Shown here: positions 25,120 through 38,471 of the stretch, one piece after another
How positions within the stretch are numbered: position 1 is the stretch's first letter
Layout: each line of letters begins with the position of its first letter
Source of the DNA: Felis catus
Taxonomy: Eukaryota
Direction of reading: 5' to 3'
Length of the DNA: 64,000 nucleotides
Assembly: GCF_018350175.1 (NCBI RefSeq)
Contig: NC_058373.1
Span: 99,512,001-99,576,000, forward strand
Notes under the pieces: generated by a model
Databases searched by the model: none
What the model saw: only the letters and a program-made list of their open reading frames with translations
Told to the model about the DNA's origin: nothing
Position numbers and translations under genes: made by a program

Positions 25120-25913
25120 TACACTGAAAAGGGGTATTTCAGGTATTCTTAACCACAAATATTGTTCTCAAGTTCCAAGACATATATTGTAGACACATGT
25201 GGGCCAGCAAACATACTTACAATCTGTATCCTATAGTCTAGACCACTGTGTATCTGCCCAAGACTCACTAAAAGTCCTCCAGAAGCAAGACAACTTCTGG
25301 AAGCCATCAGCTTACCTCCCAATCCTCTATGGATGAAGAAGTTGACATCAAGTATAGATAGTTTCCTCTCAACACTTTGGATGAACATCCATGATTGGGT
25401 CAAAGGATTTATCAATCAACTTAAGACTTATTGTTTGTCTCTCCTTTATTTCTTTCCTTTTGGGTTGATCTGTTTTGCTCTCTTCTCAACTACTTTCTTT
25501 CCCGTAAAATTCTCTAAACTAAATTTGCCTTTCGCAAAGAATTGCAGTGACCACCCAGTTTTCTAAATATTAAGTTAATCTATAGCTTCAAAATTCACTA
25601 AAATATATATATTTTTAACTTTGATACATCTCTATATTTCAGTGGGATTCAAGACCCCAACCAATTAGCTGCTGTTACAGATATTTTTCAGAACTTCAAA
25701 GGGATGCAAGGACATCAGAAAATAAGGAGACAGTGACCAATTAGGTAAATTGGTCCAAATTATTTTTCCATAAAACTATGCAGGAATAACTGCATGATTT
25801 CCTCTTAATTCTCCCAGGGATTTTGTTCTCTACAATTAGACCAGTTAAGATCAGACTGTTATTAGTACCTATTCTCATTAAACAGCACCTCAATGGATAT
25901 CCTTGAGTCTATT

Positions 25914-26134
25914 CTTTTAAATGTTTATTGTTTATTTTGAGAGAGAGAAAGTTTGACCATATGCTAGTAGGGGAGGGGGAGTGGCAAAAAGAGAGGGAGA
26001 GAGAGAATCCCAAGCAGGCTCCACACTGTCAACACAGAGCCTGATGCAGGGCTTGAACCCATAAACCATGAGATCATGACCTAAGATGAAACTAAGAGTC
26101 AGATGTTTAACCAACTGAGCCACCCAGGTGCCCC
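25914..26134 (-). mobile_element. CanSINE
   Basis: TSD-like CCT(T/G)GAGTCTATT. Confidence 0.88.
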
Positions 26135-26857
26135 ACCTGGAGTCTATTTTTGAATAATGAAACAGCCTTCTTGTCTTTAACATACTAAAATGTAATCTAT
26201 TTTCTCGACATGGTAATATGGCCTTTCCAAGCATTTAAACCCATTCAACCATTTACTTACATCTTGAGAGCTTTACAAGATAACTTTCCAAGAGTTATCC
26301 AATACAGATTTTGTTGGCTTATACAAGGATTCCTGAACTATAATGTAAGATTCATAATTTATGTCTGATAACGGCCCCAAAATAAAATAAGAAAACTCAA
26401 TCTTGAGTTGCTTAAGAGGCTAATATAAATTTATTGGTTAAAATAGTCCTAAATAATAAAATTGCCCTAGTCTATTTCCTAGTCAGCCAAGATAAAGTCT
26501 CATAATATTTAATGCATTTTTCTATAACTGGATAAATACATCAAAAAAGACAAAATAATCAGTAAAGGGGATAACAGTCACTCGGGTAATTAAAACTTAT
26601 CAAACCAATCCTGTGAGACTGACTCTTCTGATTAGGCTTAGACTGACTAAAAACTGAATGCAAAACAGATTCCAATTTTTTTTCATATTTGTAATTATCC
26701 TCATACATGTTTACCTTGTTCCACTCTTAACTGTTGACACTGCCCCAGAAAGACACACAGGCCCTTGAGAAAACTGATTCTTTAGGAGTTTGCTTTGAGA
26801 AAATTGTGTTCTTGCTTGTTTACTGTCTTTCTCTTCCATTAGAAACATAAGTTCCAT

Positions 26858-27090
26858 GGGGCGCCTGGGTTGCTCAGTTGGTTAAGCATCTGACTTCGGC
26901 TCAGGTCATGATCTCATGGTTTGTGGGTTCAAGCCCTGTGTCGGGCTCTGTGCTGACAGCTCAGAGCCTGGAGCCTACTTCGGATTCTGTGTCTCCCTCT
27001 CTCTCAGCCCCTTCCCGACTAGTTCTCTCTTTCCCTCTCTCTTTCTCTCTCTCAAAAATAAACATTAAAAATTTTTAAAAAGAAAAAAGA
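26858..27090 (+). mobile_element. CanSINE
   Basis: TSD-like AGAAACA(T/G)AAGTTCCA. Confidence 0.9.
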
Positions 27091-27099
27091 AACAGAAGT

Positions 27100-27210
27100 T
27101 CCAGGGGAAGAGGGTTTGTCTTTGTCTTATTCACCACTATGCCCTCAGTGCCTAGGTGTAATAGTGCCTGGCACGCAACAGATGGTCAAAAAGAATTTGC
27201 TGAATAAATA
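27100..27210 (+). mobile_element. L2 3' end
   Basis: GTGCCTGGCACGCAAC..ATTTGCTGAATAAAT. Confidence 0.6.
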
Positions 27211-27796
27211 GGTTTCCCTCTTCTGCACGGATGGAGGACGATACAGAAGTATTCTCCACACTGGGAAGAACAGCCCAGCTGCATCTTCGTAGTGACCACA
27301 TGTATAGTCTGCCATTAGTCAGGCAGAGCAAGCAGTGTTCCACTCTCAGCAGCACCTGTCAGAACCAGGAGCTCAGGACCTTGGCTTTGTCACCCACTGT
27401 AACTTCAATAACCAAGACTGGGTCTTGGATACAATTGTGCATCTCTGGAAATCCCAAGATTTATTTGGGGAGAAAGACATCGGAAGACATTGGCCCTCTG
27501 GTAATCACCTGCCATCATGATGTGGATATGTATGTTAATGGAATCATAGTTGTGTTTACCAGCTTTAGACACTGGGATTCCACTTCTATTTCCCACTTTG
27601 AATATGTATAATCAGCCTCCTTGACTCAATTATAAATTTCTCAAAGGCAGGCATTTAATATGAATGAGGAGTTTTATTGATTGTTGAGGGAATGAGAATA
27701 GCCCTTGCAGGTTTAAATCAAGAGAAAGAAAGAACAATTAAAAGCAGGTCAAGACCTATCTTATCCTATGCTCTTCTCATAAGAGCTCAGAAAATA

Positions 27797-27966
27797 TTTT
27801 TTTTCTTTTTTAAGAAAGAGCACAAATGGGGAAGAGGGGTGCAGGGAGAGAGGCAGAGAATCCCAAACAGGATCCATTCAGCATGGAGCCCGATGCAAGG
27901 CTCAATCTCACAGTCATGAGCTGACCTGAGCTGAAACTGAGTCAGACACTTAACCCAGGTGCCCCC
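27797..27966 (-). mobile_element. CanSINE
   Basis: Antisense SINE ending CAGGTGCCCCC. Confidence 0.8.
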
Positions 27967-28795
27967 AAAATAATTTTAAAACCATATGATATAGGAAGAT
28001 GCAGCAGCAAGGAGGTTGACTGAGGTAATATAATTCAACATCCAATGTGATCTGGTGGTGGTATCTGCTCATTATCTTTCAGAATAGCCAAAGACAAGCT
28101 TCTTTTTCCTGCTTGTTATTCAGAGACAGTAGCCTAAAAAGAACTTGACAAGAGTAATGGATCAAACTTGATTTAGCTGCTGACTTCTTGTGTGATCCTA
28201 ATTTCAATATTTAACTTCTTTCCAACTGTATTTCCTCTTCTGCCAAACAAGGATATTTGGCTGTGTCACACAGAGTTGTTATAAAAGATCATAATATAGA
28301 AAGGCATTTAGAATGTAAACTACTCTATATTAAAATGTTCTAGCATCCCTTCAGTCATTGAATGCATTCTAAGCAGTATTATGTTGTGGGCCATTTGCTA
28401 TCACTGAAAAAAAACAGATGGTCCTCTATGTTACAAATGTATACAGATGACAAGGTCATTGTTTTGCAAAAATACATTGAAAGCAAAGAATCCTCTGCAT
28501 AAAGTATTACTAAGAGGGAAGCCATTATTTCAGCCCAGAAAGACTCAGCTACAATTTCCGCAGGATTTCCAAAAGTGGAAGAGAAATCAGCATACTGGGA
28601 TTATTGAAAGCTACATCTGGCTCAGGCAAGCAGCTTACCTGTTTGCTTTTATTTTGACTCCTGGCTCAGAGCAGACAGTATTCTTGCCACCGATGCCTAC
28701 AGACCGATATTACTCAGTTACTGTCAGCATCTAGCTGATGCAGAAACATCATAAGGGAAGCATTTCTACAGAGTTGGTTAAAAATGTAATGGATT

Positions 28796-28882
28796 GGGGT
28801 GCCTGTCTGGTTCAGTAAAAAGTGCACATGACTCTAGATCTCAGGGTCATGAGTTCGAGTCCCACACTGAGTGTAGAAATTA
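28796..28882 (+). mobile_element. Short CanSINE
   Basis: GGGGTGCCTG..GATCTCAGGGTCATGAGTTCGAG. Confidence 0.75.
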
Positions 28883-29106
28883 CATACACACTACTTACAT
28901 AAATATTTTGAAAACTGAATGGATTAATCAATGAATGTCAGAAAATTTTTGTAAATAAGACATATGCACAGGACATAAGATATAAAGATTTGAAAAAGTT
29001 TGGAATTCCAAAAAGTTTCAAGTATTTCCTGTTTTTATTATTATCATCAAGCAGTACAGTTTGGTGTTTGGTAAATACAAGTCTAATTAAGAAAAAGACA
29101 CAATTT

Positions 29107-29293
29107 GGGACTGCTGGGTGACTCAGCTGGTTGAGAGTCTGACTTTGGCTCAGGTCATGATCTTGAGGTTTGTGGGTTCAAGCCCCACCCTGGGCTCTGT
29201 GCTGAGAGCTCAGAGCCTGGATCCTGCTTAGGATTCTGTGTCTCTCTCCCCCTCATGCTCTGTCTCTCAAAAAATGAACATTAAAAAAAAAAA
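29107..29293 (+). mobile_element. CanSINE
   Basis: TSD AAAAAGACACAATTT. Confidence 0.88.
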
Positions 29294-29659
29294 GACACAA
29301 TTTTATTTTCTGGTTAGAGAAGTACAGGGAAGCCATGAGGCATAATTTGAGAATCGGAGAATAAGGAGTGTCAGGCAGATGTTAAATAGTAAACACTTAG
29401 AAGGTTTTCTGTTTTGTCTTAAAAGATTTTGCAGATGAATATTCTGTTTTCACCTCACATAGTCTAAGGTTTGAGCTCTTTTAAATCAACAGACAGCGTC
29501 TCTGCCTGAGTTCTTCGTTGCTGCAAGTTGAGCAAATATTCCATCCCCTCTTAAGAAAATGAAAAACAGCTATGTAGCATTATTCTCTTGACTACTGTTG
29601 AAATATACAATGCAACTGTATATCTATATAACAATATGTTAAAACTACACAGCACCTGC

Positions 29660-29835
29660 TTGAGAATGTCCTCTAAGTGGGTGCATTTTCTGATGAGAAG
29701 ATGCCATGGTATGAGAAAAAGGTGCTCCTCTTACTGATGAATTCTGCCTGATCCAGAGCAGTTGGGCAAGCTCCCATTGGCTTCCTTGGCTGCAACCCTT
29801 TTTGCAGTGCACAAACCTTACAACTGTATAGAATA
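29660..29835 (-). mobile_element. MER91-like hAT-Tip100 fragment
   Basis: Reverse complement reads TACAGTTGTAAGGTTTGTGCACTGCAAAAAGG, like the recalled MER91A end. Confidence 0.4.
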
Positions 29836-30109
29836 ATTCATCAGTACTCAAAGATAATCATTATCACAGGTTGGCTTCCTGGAAACAACACTGTCCCACA
29901 TCTGTCTGTGTTTTAGAATTTACAAAGCCCTTTTAATATTATCTTAATTTCTTCAAGAATCACTAAAGGAGATATTAACTTCTATTACTTAGATAAAGAA
30001 GCTTAGATAGGTTAAAGTACATGACTAGTAAGTGACAAGACTGGGCATTACAGAACAAGCCTTTTATTTCACAATGTCCTTGCTCTAACAGCACCAGATC
30101 TGTTCCTTC

Positions 30110-30344
30110 TTTTTTTTTTTTTTTAATTTTTTTTTAACGTTTATTTATTTTTGAGACAGAGAGAGAGAGAGACAGAGCATGAACGGGGGAGGGGCAGAGA
30201 GAGAGGGAGACACAGAATCGGAAGCAGGCTCCAGGCTCTGAGACATCAGCCCAGAGCCCGACGTGGGGCTCGAACTCACGGACTGCGAGATCGTGACCTG
30301 AGCTGAAGTCAGACGCTTAACCAACTGAGCCACCCAGGCGCCCC
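30110..30344 (-). mobile_element. Young CanSINE
   Basis: TSD CAGATCTGTTCCTTCTTT. Confidence 0.93.
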
Positions 30345-30989
30345 AGATCTGTTCCTTCTTTATTCTTGTTTAAACACATCAGATTTTTTGACCATTTTTG
30401 ATACATCTGTTTCCTCTGCACTTAAAAGCATCTTTGTAGAACCCTCAGTCCCATGTCTTTCTAGAGCTTGGAGACCCAAAATCCAGACACCATAATATAG
30501 ATCAAGTCACTTGTCAAGAGCCTTGATGGACTGAGTGTGTTGTGAGGGGATCCAAAGCACCAAAAAGTGCAGCCCCAAGGCTTGAGTCAAGTATTGATCT
30601 CAGATGGATAAGTATTCATTGTTATTAAACCTTACCTGTGTTTGCTTCTCTTGAGAACACAGCACTACTATTTAACACTATAATTTGACATCGTTCATCA
30701 GATTGTTAATGCCATAACCTCAGGCTTTCCTTATTTTGTACCTGTAGCATTTCATTTTGGATCCTCAATGCCCACTTCAACTTGATCACTTATTGTATTC
30801 ATTTTTAATATTTTTCCTGTATTTGATTAACAAGTATTTTCTCCTCCTGCCTGGTTTAGCAGCACTACAAATTTAGCTAACATACACTTTTAGCTACAAA
30901 TTTAGCTAACTACAAATTTAGCTAACATTGATAGGACCCCTCTCAAAAGTGTTCAATTGGGTAAGACAAGGTCTCTAAATGCATTAGGG

Positions 30990-31316
30990 CAGGAGTCCAC
31001 AAACTTTTTTCTATAAAATGCCTGAGAGTGAACATTTTAGATTTTGCAGGCCCTATGGTTTCTGTTGCAACTAATCTACTCTGCCATTATAGCACAAAAC
31101 CAGCCATAGATAATACATAAGCAAACAGGCATGACTGTGTTCCAATACAGCTTGTTTTATGGACACTAAAATTTGAATTTCATAAAATTTTAACATGTCA
31201 CAAAGTACTATTTTCCTTTCAAGTTTTCTTCTGGCCATTTAAACATCCAAAAACCATTCTTAGCTCACAGACTGTACAAAAGCAGGCTATGACAGGGTGA
31301 GGTTTGGTAGCCTTGA
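30990..31316 (+). mobile_element. MER58B hAT-Charlie MITE
   Basis: CAGGAGTCCACAAACTTTTTTCT..CAGCCATAGATAATAC..TTATGGACACTAAAATTTGAATTTCAT..AAAACCATTCTTAGCTC. Confidence 0.85.
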
Positions 31317-31442
31317 CACAGAGATCAATACTTATATATCTGTTAGGGGGTTAATATGTGAAATATATAAAGAACCCATACAATTCATTAGCAAAAAACC
31401 CCAATCTGATTAAAAAATGGGCAGAGGAACTGAATATTTTTC

Positions 31443-31690
31443 TTTTTTTTTAATTTTTTTTTTTTATTTTTAAAAAAAAAATTTTTTTTCAACGTTTATT
31501 TATTTTTGGGACAGAGAGAGACAGAGCATGAACGGGGGAGGGGCAGAGAGAGAGGGAGACAGAATCGGAAACAGGCTCCAGGCTCCGAGCCATCAGCCCA
31601 GAGCCCGACGCGGGGCTCGAACTCACGGACCGGGAGATCGTGACCTGGCTGAAGTCGGACGCTTAACCGACTGCGCCACCCAGGCGCCCC
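31443..31690 (-). mobile_element. Young feline SINE
   Basis: TSD GGAACTGAATATTTTTCT. Confidence 0.95.
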
Positions 31691-31846
31691 GGAACTGAAT
31701 ATTTTTCTAAAGAAGTCACACAGATGGCCAACAGACACATGAAAAAGTGCTCAATATCATTAATCATCAGGGAAATACAAATCAAAACCACAATGAGATG
31801 TCACCTCACACCTGTTAGAATGGCCATCATCTAAAAGACAAGATAT

Positions 31847-32078
31847 GGGGCACCTGGATGGCTCAGTAGGTTAAGTGTCTGACTTTGGCTCAGGTCATGA
31901 TCTAATGGCTCGTGAGTTCAAGCCCCGCCATTGGGCTCAGTGCTGACAGCTCAGAGCCTGGAGCCTGCTTCAGATTCTGTGTCTTCCGCTCTCTCTCTGC
32001 CTCTCCTCCCACTCGTGCTCTCTCTCTCTCTCTCTCAAAAATAAACATTTAAAAAATTTTTTAATAATTAAAAAAAAG
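31847..32078 (+). mobile_element. CanSINE
   Basis: TSD-like AAAAGA(C/T)AAGATAT. Confidence 0.9.
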
Positions 32079-32375
32079 ATAAGATATAGTGAGCATTACC
32101 AGGGATGTAAAGAAAAGGGAACTCTCAGGCACTTTTGGTGGGAATGTAAATTGGTGTGGCCACTATAGAAAACTATATGAAGGACTCTCAAAAAAATTAA
32201 AAACAGAACTATCAATTGATCTAGCAATTCCACTTCTGGGTACTTATCCAAAGGAAATGAAATCACTATGTTGAACAGATATCTGCATCCCCCTGTTCCT
32301 TGCAGTATTATTTACATTAGCCAAGATAGAAACAACCTAAGTGTCCACTGACAGATAAATAGACAAAGAAAATGT

Positions 32376-32591
32376 GGGGATACTTGGGTGGCTCACTTGG
32401 TTAAGTGTCTGACTCTTGATTTCAGCTCAGGTCATGATTTCAGGGTTCGTGAGATCAAGCCCACGTCCAGCTCCCTGCTGATTGCACGAGGCCTGCTTGG
32501 GATTCTCTCTCTCCCTCTCTCTGCCCCTCCCCAATTCGGGCACATGCACTCTCTCTCTCTCTCTCTCCCTTTCTCAAAGTAAATAAATAAA
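32376..32591 (+). mobile_element. CanSINE (older)
   Basis: Outer TSD-like GAAAATGTGG. Confidence 0.85.
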
Positions 32592-32593
32592 CC

Positions 32594-32621
32594 TTTTTAA
32601 ATTTTTTTAAATGTTTTATTT

Positions 32622-32652
<31 letters not shown>

Positions 32653-32819
32653 GAAGCATGAGCAGGGAGGGACAGATTGAGAGGGAGACAGAATCTGAAG
32701 CCGGCTCCAGGCTCTGAGCTGTCAGCACAGAGCCCGACATGGGACTCAAACTCACAAGTGGGGAGATCCTGACCTGAGCCAAAGTTGGACATTTAACTGA
32801 CTGGGCCACCAGGCGCCCC
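32594..32819 (-). mobile_element. CanSINE nested in the tail of the previous SINE
   Basis: TSD-like AAT(A/G)AACCTTTTT. Confidence 0.88.
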
Positions 32820-32852
32820 AATGAACCTTTTTTTAAAGGAAAATGTGGTGTA

Positions 32853-32856
<4 letters not shown>

Positions 32857-32893
<37 letters not shown>
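32857..32893. repeat. (CA)n microsatellite
   Basis: Direct reading. Confidence 0.95.
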
Positions 32894-32899
<6 letters not shown>

Positions 32900-35800
32900 A
32901 TTTGGGCATAAAACAGAAGGAAATTCTGCCATTTGCTACAACATAGATAGACCTTGAGGGCATTACGCTAAGTGAAATAACTCAGACAAAGACATATACT
33001 AAATGATCTCACATACATCTAAAATCTAGCAGAACCAGCTCATAAAGACAGAAAATAGACTGGGGGCTTCCAGAGGCAAGTGTGGGTGGGGTGGATGAAG
33101 GTGGTCAAAAGATGTAAACTTCTAGGTATAAGACGAATAAGTTCTGGGGATATAAACTACAGCATGGTGACTAAAGTTAACAAAACCGTATAATATATAT
33201 GAAAATGGCTAATAGAGTAGACCTTAAAAGTTCGTATCACAAGAAAAAAATTTTAACTATGTGAGGTGATAGATACCACAGTACGCCTGATAAAGAATTC
33301 AAAGTAACGGTCAAAGTAACTAAACTTACTGTGTGGTGATCATTTCACAATGTATACACATATCAAATCATCATGCTATAGTCCTAAAACTAATACAATG
33401 TTACATGTCAATTACATTTCAATAAAAACAGAAAAAAAGAAAAATAAGTCTACTATCTTCCTTAAATATTCTATTAATTTTATACACAGGTATAATCCAG
33501 ATGATACGTTCTTATGAAAATCATCTGGAATTGAAATTTAAATATATAAAAATATGTTATAAATTTCAGATGCCCAAGGTAACTGAGTCTATTCTAAACA
33601 ATATCATTTATACACTGATAAATATCACATATATATAGATAGTCATCATGTATTGAAGAACCATTTGTGAACTATTACTGTGAACTTAAATAAAGGACAC
33701 ATGAAAAAGCAAGATGCAGTCCTTTTAGGGAATTAACACTTTAGTGGCAGAAGCTTATGTTAGAAATAAATACATAAATATATACTAAAATATATATGTG
33801 TGTACGTGTGTGCGTATATATCTCTCTCTCTCAAGAGGGTAGGAGGGGCAGAGTCACTGTTGGGAACCAAACCCCTCGCAAGACTAATCACAAAGAGGAG
33901 GGACAGCACAAGAAGGGAGAAGAGCAGACCCACACAAGGCACACCAGGCACAGGGGACCTGCCTGCACTGGGAAGATGAGTCCCCATAATATTTTGGCTT
34001 TGAAAACCAGTGGGGCTTAATTTTGTGAATTTTTGCCATCAGTAGGGCTTAACTCTGGGTACTTTAAAACTCAGCAGGCTTAGTTTAGGGACAGGCAGAG
34101 GATGATACAAAACTGAGTCCCACCCTTACAGAGCCACAATAACAAACAGCCCCTTGGGATACAGCATAGAAGCAGCAGTTTGAAAAGCACGTGGGGTATA
34201 TGAGAAGATTTATTTACTAATCTCAGAACATGCGCTGGAGGGGCAGGAATATTTAGGAGACTTCTCCAAGAACAAGTGCTGGCAGATGCCGTTTCTCTTC
34301 ACATCCCCACCAATCCCCACCCCCTCGCCCAGACAGCAGGACATTTAGGGGAAACACTGTGATCACTGTCCGCCCAACTCCATAACACTAGGCAAACTGC
34401 CCCCACATTCTCCTGCAAACCCACCCCCGTCCAACGTGCTCCACTAGTAGGCATCCCTCCAAATCAGCTCCTGCCTCAACACACACTGCAGGCATCCCCG
34501 GCAGGGACCAGTGCCACTCCAAAGTGACTCCTACACTGGAGAGAGGGAAAGATAACTACACAGACCAGTGCACCCATAGTCCCAACAGCCAAACCTTATG
34601 ATAACCTGCAGTGCAGAGCGAATACCCTGCAGATCAGTGCATCTGCAGCCCTGGACTGGGGGCAAGCATGTGATCTGACTGCTGGCCCAACCACCCATGA
34701 AAGCCTCACAGAGGACAATGTAGGGAGAGTGCCCTACAGGTTGGTGTGACTACAGCTAAGGGGCCGAAGGCAGGCTTCTGGTCTGACAGCTGATACTACC
34801 AACTACAAACCAACAACAGTTGCAGACTGGCCCCTTAACAACACAGGCACCAAACCCTTCCTGTACCCACAGTAGGCAAAGTGGACCACTGCAGCCAACT
34901 GGACTGAAGGCAAATGCAACTCAGATAAAACAGTGTGGCACATGTAGTCTAATAGGAGACACTCCTAAAGCACCTGGTCCCAGTGGACAGGATGCATTGG
35001 GCTACACGGCCCTCTTCTTCATAAGACCACTACTTTCAAGAGCAGGAGATATAACTGACTTTCCTAATACATAGAAATATACACAGAGTTAGACAAAATG
35101 AGGAGACAGAGGAATATGCCCCAGATAAAAGAAGAGAACAGAACAAAAATCACAGCAAAAGAGCTAAGTGAAATGGAGATAGGCAGTATGCCTGGTAAAG
35201 AATTCAAAGTAACAGTCACACAGACATTCACTGGACTCGAGAAAAGAATGGAGGACTTCAGTGAGACCCTCAACAAACAGAGAGAAAACATAAAAAAAGA
35301 ACCAGTCAGAGACAAAGAACTCAATAACTGAAATAAAAAATATAGGAGAGGGAATCAATAGCAGATTAGAGGAGGCAGAGGAATGGATCAATGACTTGGA
35401 AGACAAAGTAATGAAAAGAGGCCAAGCTGAATAGTAAGTAAATAAATTAAATAAACAAATAAATAAATAAATAAAATAAAAAATGAGAATAGGTTAAGGG
35501 AACCCAACAACATCATCAAGCATAATAATATTTACCTTACAGGGATCCCAGAAGAAGACAGAGAAAAGGGGGCAGAAAATGTATTTGAAGAAACAACAGC
35601 GGAAAACTTCCCAAATCTGGGAACAGAAACAGACATCCAAATCTAGGAGGCATGGAGAACTCCCAACAAAATCAACCCAAGGAGGTCCACATCAAGACAC
35701 ATTGTAATTAAAATGGCAAATGATAGTGAAAAGAGAATTTTTAAAGCAGCAAGAGAAAAAGAAAACAGTTACATACAAGGGACCCCCCCCCCCACACACA

Positions 35801-36466
35801 CACACACAAGGCTGTCAGCTGATATTTTGGCAGAAACTTTGCAGGCCTGAAGGGAGTGGCATGATATGTTCAAAGTGCTGGGGGGAAAAAAAAAAACCTG
35901 CAACCACAAATAGACTATCCAGCAAGGTTATCATTCAGAATAGAAGGAGAGACAGAAAGTTTCCCAGATAAACAAAAACTAAAGGAATTCATGATCACTA
36001 AACCAGCCTTATAAGAAATGTTAAAGAAAATTCTTTGAATGGAAAGAAAATGCCATAGTCAGGAGTAAGAAAATTAGGAAAGGGATAAAAGTTCACAGGT
36101 ACATGCAAACATAGAATAAAAGTAGTAGATGAATCACTTGTAAAATCAGTATGGGAGTTAAAGCACAAAAACAGTAAATCAATTATATCTACAAAATTCA
36201 GTCAAGGCATTCATAAAATAAAATGATGTAAAGTATCAAATCATATACATAAAACATGGGGAGGGGAGTAAAAATTTAGTGCTTTTTAGAATGGATTTGG
36301 ACTTAAGTGACCATCAATTTAACATAGACTGCTATGTGCATAAGATGTTATATATGAACCTAATGATAACCACAAATCAAAAAGCTGTAATAGATACACA
36401 AAAAATAAAGAGAAAGGAACCCAAGCTTAACACTAAAGAAAGCCATCAAAAAGCAAGGGAAAAGAC

Positions 36467-36696
36467 GGGGCGCCTGGGTGGCGCAGTCGGTTAAGCGTCC
36501 GACTTCAGCCAGGTCACGATCTCACGGTCCGTGAGTTCGAGCCCCGCGTCGGGCTCTGGGCTGATGGCTCAGAGCCTGGAGCCTGTTTCTGATTCTGTGT
36601 CTCCCTCTCTCTCTGCCCCTCCCCCGTTCATGCTCTGTCTCTCTCTGTCCCAAAAATAAATAAACGTTGGAAAAAAAAAAGTTAAAAAAAAAAAAA
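36467..36696 (+). mobile_element. Young feline SINE
   Basis: TSD-like AAAAAGCAAGGGAAA. Confidence 0.95.
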
Positions 36697-37337
36697 GCAA
36701 GGGAAAGAGCAAGAGAAGAAGAAAGGAACAGAGAATAACTACAAAAACAACCGTAAAACAAGTAACAAATGGCAAAAAAGCATATACCTATCGATATTAC
36801 TTTTGGTGTAAATGGACTAAATGCTCCAATCAAAAGACATAGGGTACTGAATGATAAAAAATCTAAGACCTGTTTATATACTGTCTATAAGAGATTCACT
36901 TCAGACCTAAAGACACATGCAGACTGAAAGTGAAGGATGGAAGAACATTCACCATGTAAATGAATGTGAAAAGAAAGCTGGGGTAGTAATACTTGTGTCA
37001 GCCAAAACAGACTTTAAAACAAAGACTATAACAAGAGACAAAGAAGGACACTACACAATGATAAAGGGAACAATCCAACAAGAGTATAACAATTGTAAGT
37101 ATCTATGCAACCAATATGAAAACACCTAAATATATAAAGCCACTATTATAGGCATATGGAAGAAACCGACAGTAATAAATACTCACAGGGGACTCTAACA
37201 CCCCACTTACATCAATGGATACATCATCCAAACAGAAAATTGACAAGAAAATAGTGGCTTTGAATGACACATTAGACCAGATGGACCTAATAGATACATT
37301 CAGAACATGCTATCCAAAAAGAGTGGTACACACGTTC

Positions 37338-37569
37338 TTTTCTTTTTTTTTTTTAATTTTTTTTAATGTTTTTTATTTATTTTTGAGACAGAGAGAGACA
37401 GAGCATGAACGGGGGAGGGGCAGAGAGAGAGGGAGACACAGAATCGGAAGCAGGCTCCAGGCTCCGAGCCATCAGCCCAGAGCCCGACGCGGGACTCGAA
37501 CTCACGGACCGCGAGATCGTGACCTGAGCGAAGTCGGACGCTTAACCGACTGAGCCACCCAGGCGCCCC
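37338..37569 (-). mobile_element. Young CanSINE
   Basis: Antisense, CpGs intact, poly-T. Confidence 0.93.
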
Positions 37570-37672
37570 TCTTTCCAAGTGCCCATGGAACATTTTCCAG
37601 AATAAGTCAGATGTTAGGCCATAAATTTGTCTCAATAAATTTAAAAAGTCTCAATAAATTAAAAAATGTGGA

Positions 37673-37876
37673 GGGACGCCTGGGTGGCTCAGTCAGTTAA
37701 TCATTGAACTTTAGCTCAGGTCATGATCTCGCGGTTTTTGAGTTTGAACCCTGCGTCGGGCTCTGCGCTGACAGCTCGGAGCCCGGAACCTACTTCGGAT
37801 TCTGTGTCTCCCTCTCTTTCTGCCCCTCCCTCACTCACATTCTGTCTCTCTCTCAAAAATAAACATTAAAAATAAA
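37673..37876 (+). mobile_element. CanSINE
   Basis: TSD AAATGTGGA. Confidence 0.9.
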
Positions 37877-38085
37877 TGTGGAAATCATATCATGCATCTT
37901 TTCCAACCACAACAGTATGAAACTAGAAATCAATCACATGAAATAATCTGGAAAAAACACAAAGCATAGAGACTAAATAACATGCTACTAAACAATGAGT
38001 GGGCAAACCAATAAATCAAGGAGGAAATAAAAAAATACATGGACACAAATAAGTGAAAACACAATGGTCTAAAATCTTTGGGATG

Positions 38086-38262
38086 TGGGGCATCACCTGG
38101 TAGTTCAGTCAGTTAAAAATCCGACTTAGGCTCAGATCATGATCTCACAGTTTGTGAGTTCAAACTCTGTGTAGGGCTCTGTGCTGACAGTTTGGAGCCT
38201 GGGACCTGCTTCAGATTCTGTGTCTCCCTCTCTCTCTCTCTCTCTCTCTCTGCCCTTCCCCT

Positions 38263-38309
<47 letters not shown>

Positions 38310-38335
38310 AACAAATAAACATTTAAAAAATTTTA
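38086..38335 (+). mobile_element. CanSINE
   Basis: TSD AAATCTTTGGGATG; expanded (CT)n. Confidence 0.9.
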
Positions 38336-38471
38336 AATCTTTGGGATGCAACAAAGCTGTTCTAAGAGGGAAGTTTATAGCAACACAGTTCTACCTCAAG
38401 AAACAAGAAAAATCTCATAAGAACAACCTAATCCTACAAGTAAAGAAGTTAAATTAAAAAAAAAAAAAAAA

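Larger units (their letters stand above)
31334..33440 (+). mobile_element. L1 (L1MA/L1_Carn-like) 3' fragment with 4 nested SINEs and (CA)n
   Basis: ORF2 C-terminal remnants (KKLKTELSIDLAIPLLGTYPKEMKS), L1MA-type 3' UTR, AATAAA plus A tail. Confidence 0.88.

Noticed and set aside
27231..27611. 126-aa + strand ORF in unique DNA
   Set aside because: No recognisable homology or flanking splice/promoter support; length within chance expectation.
28639..28696. Possible 58-nt minus-strand exon with CAG|GTAAGC donor
   Set aside because: Poor polypyrimidine tract and unrecognised peptide; expected by chance.
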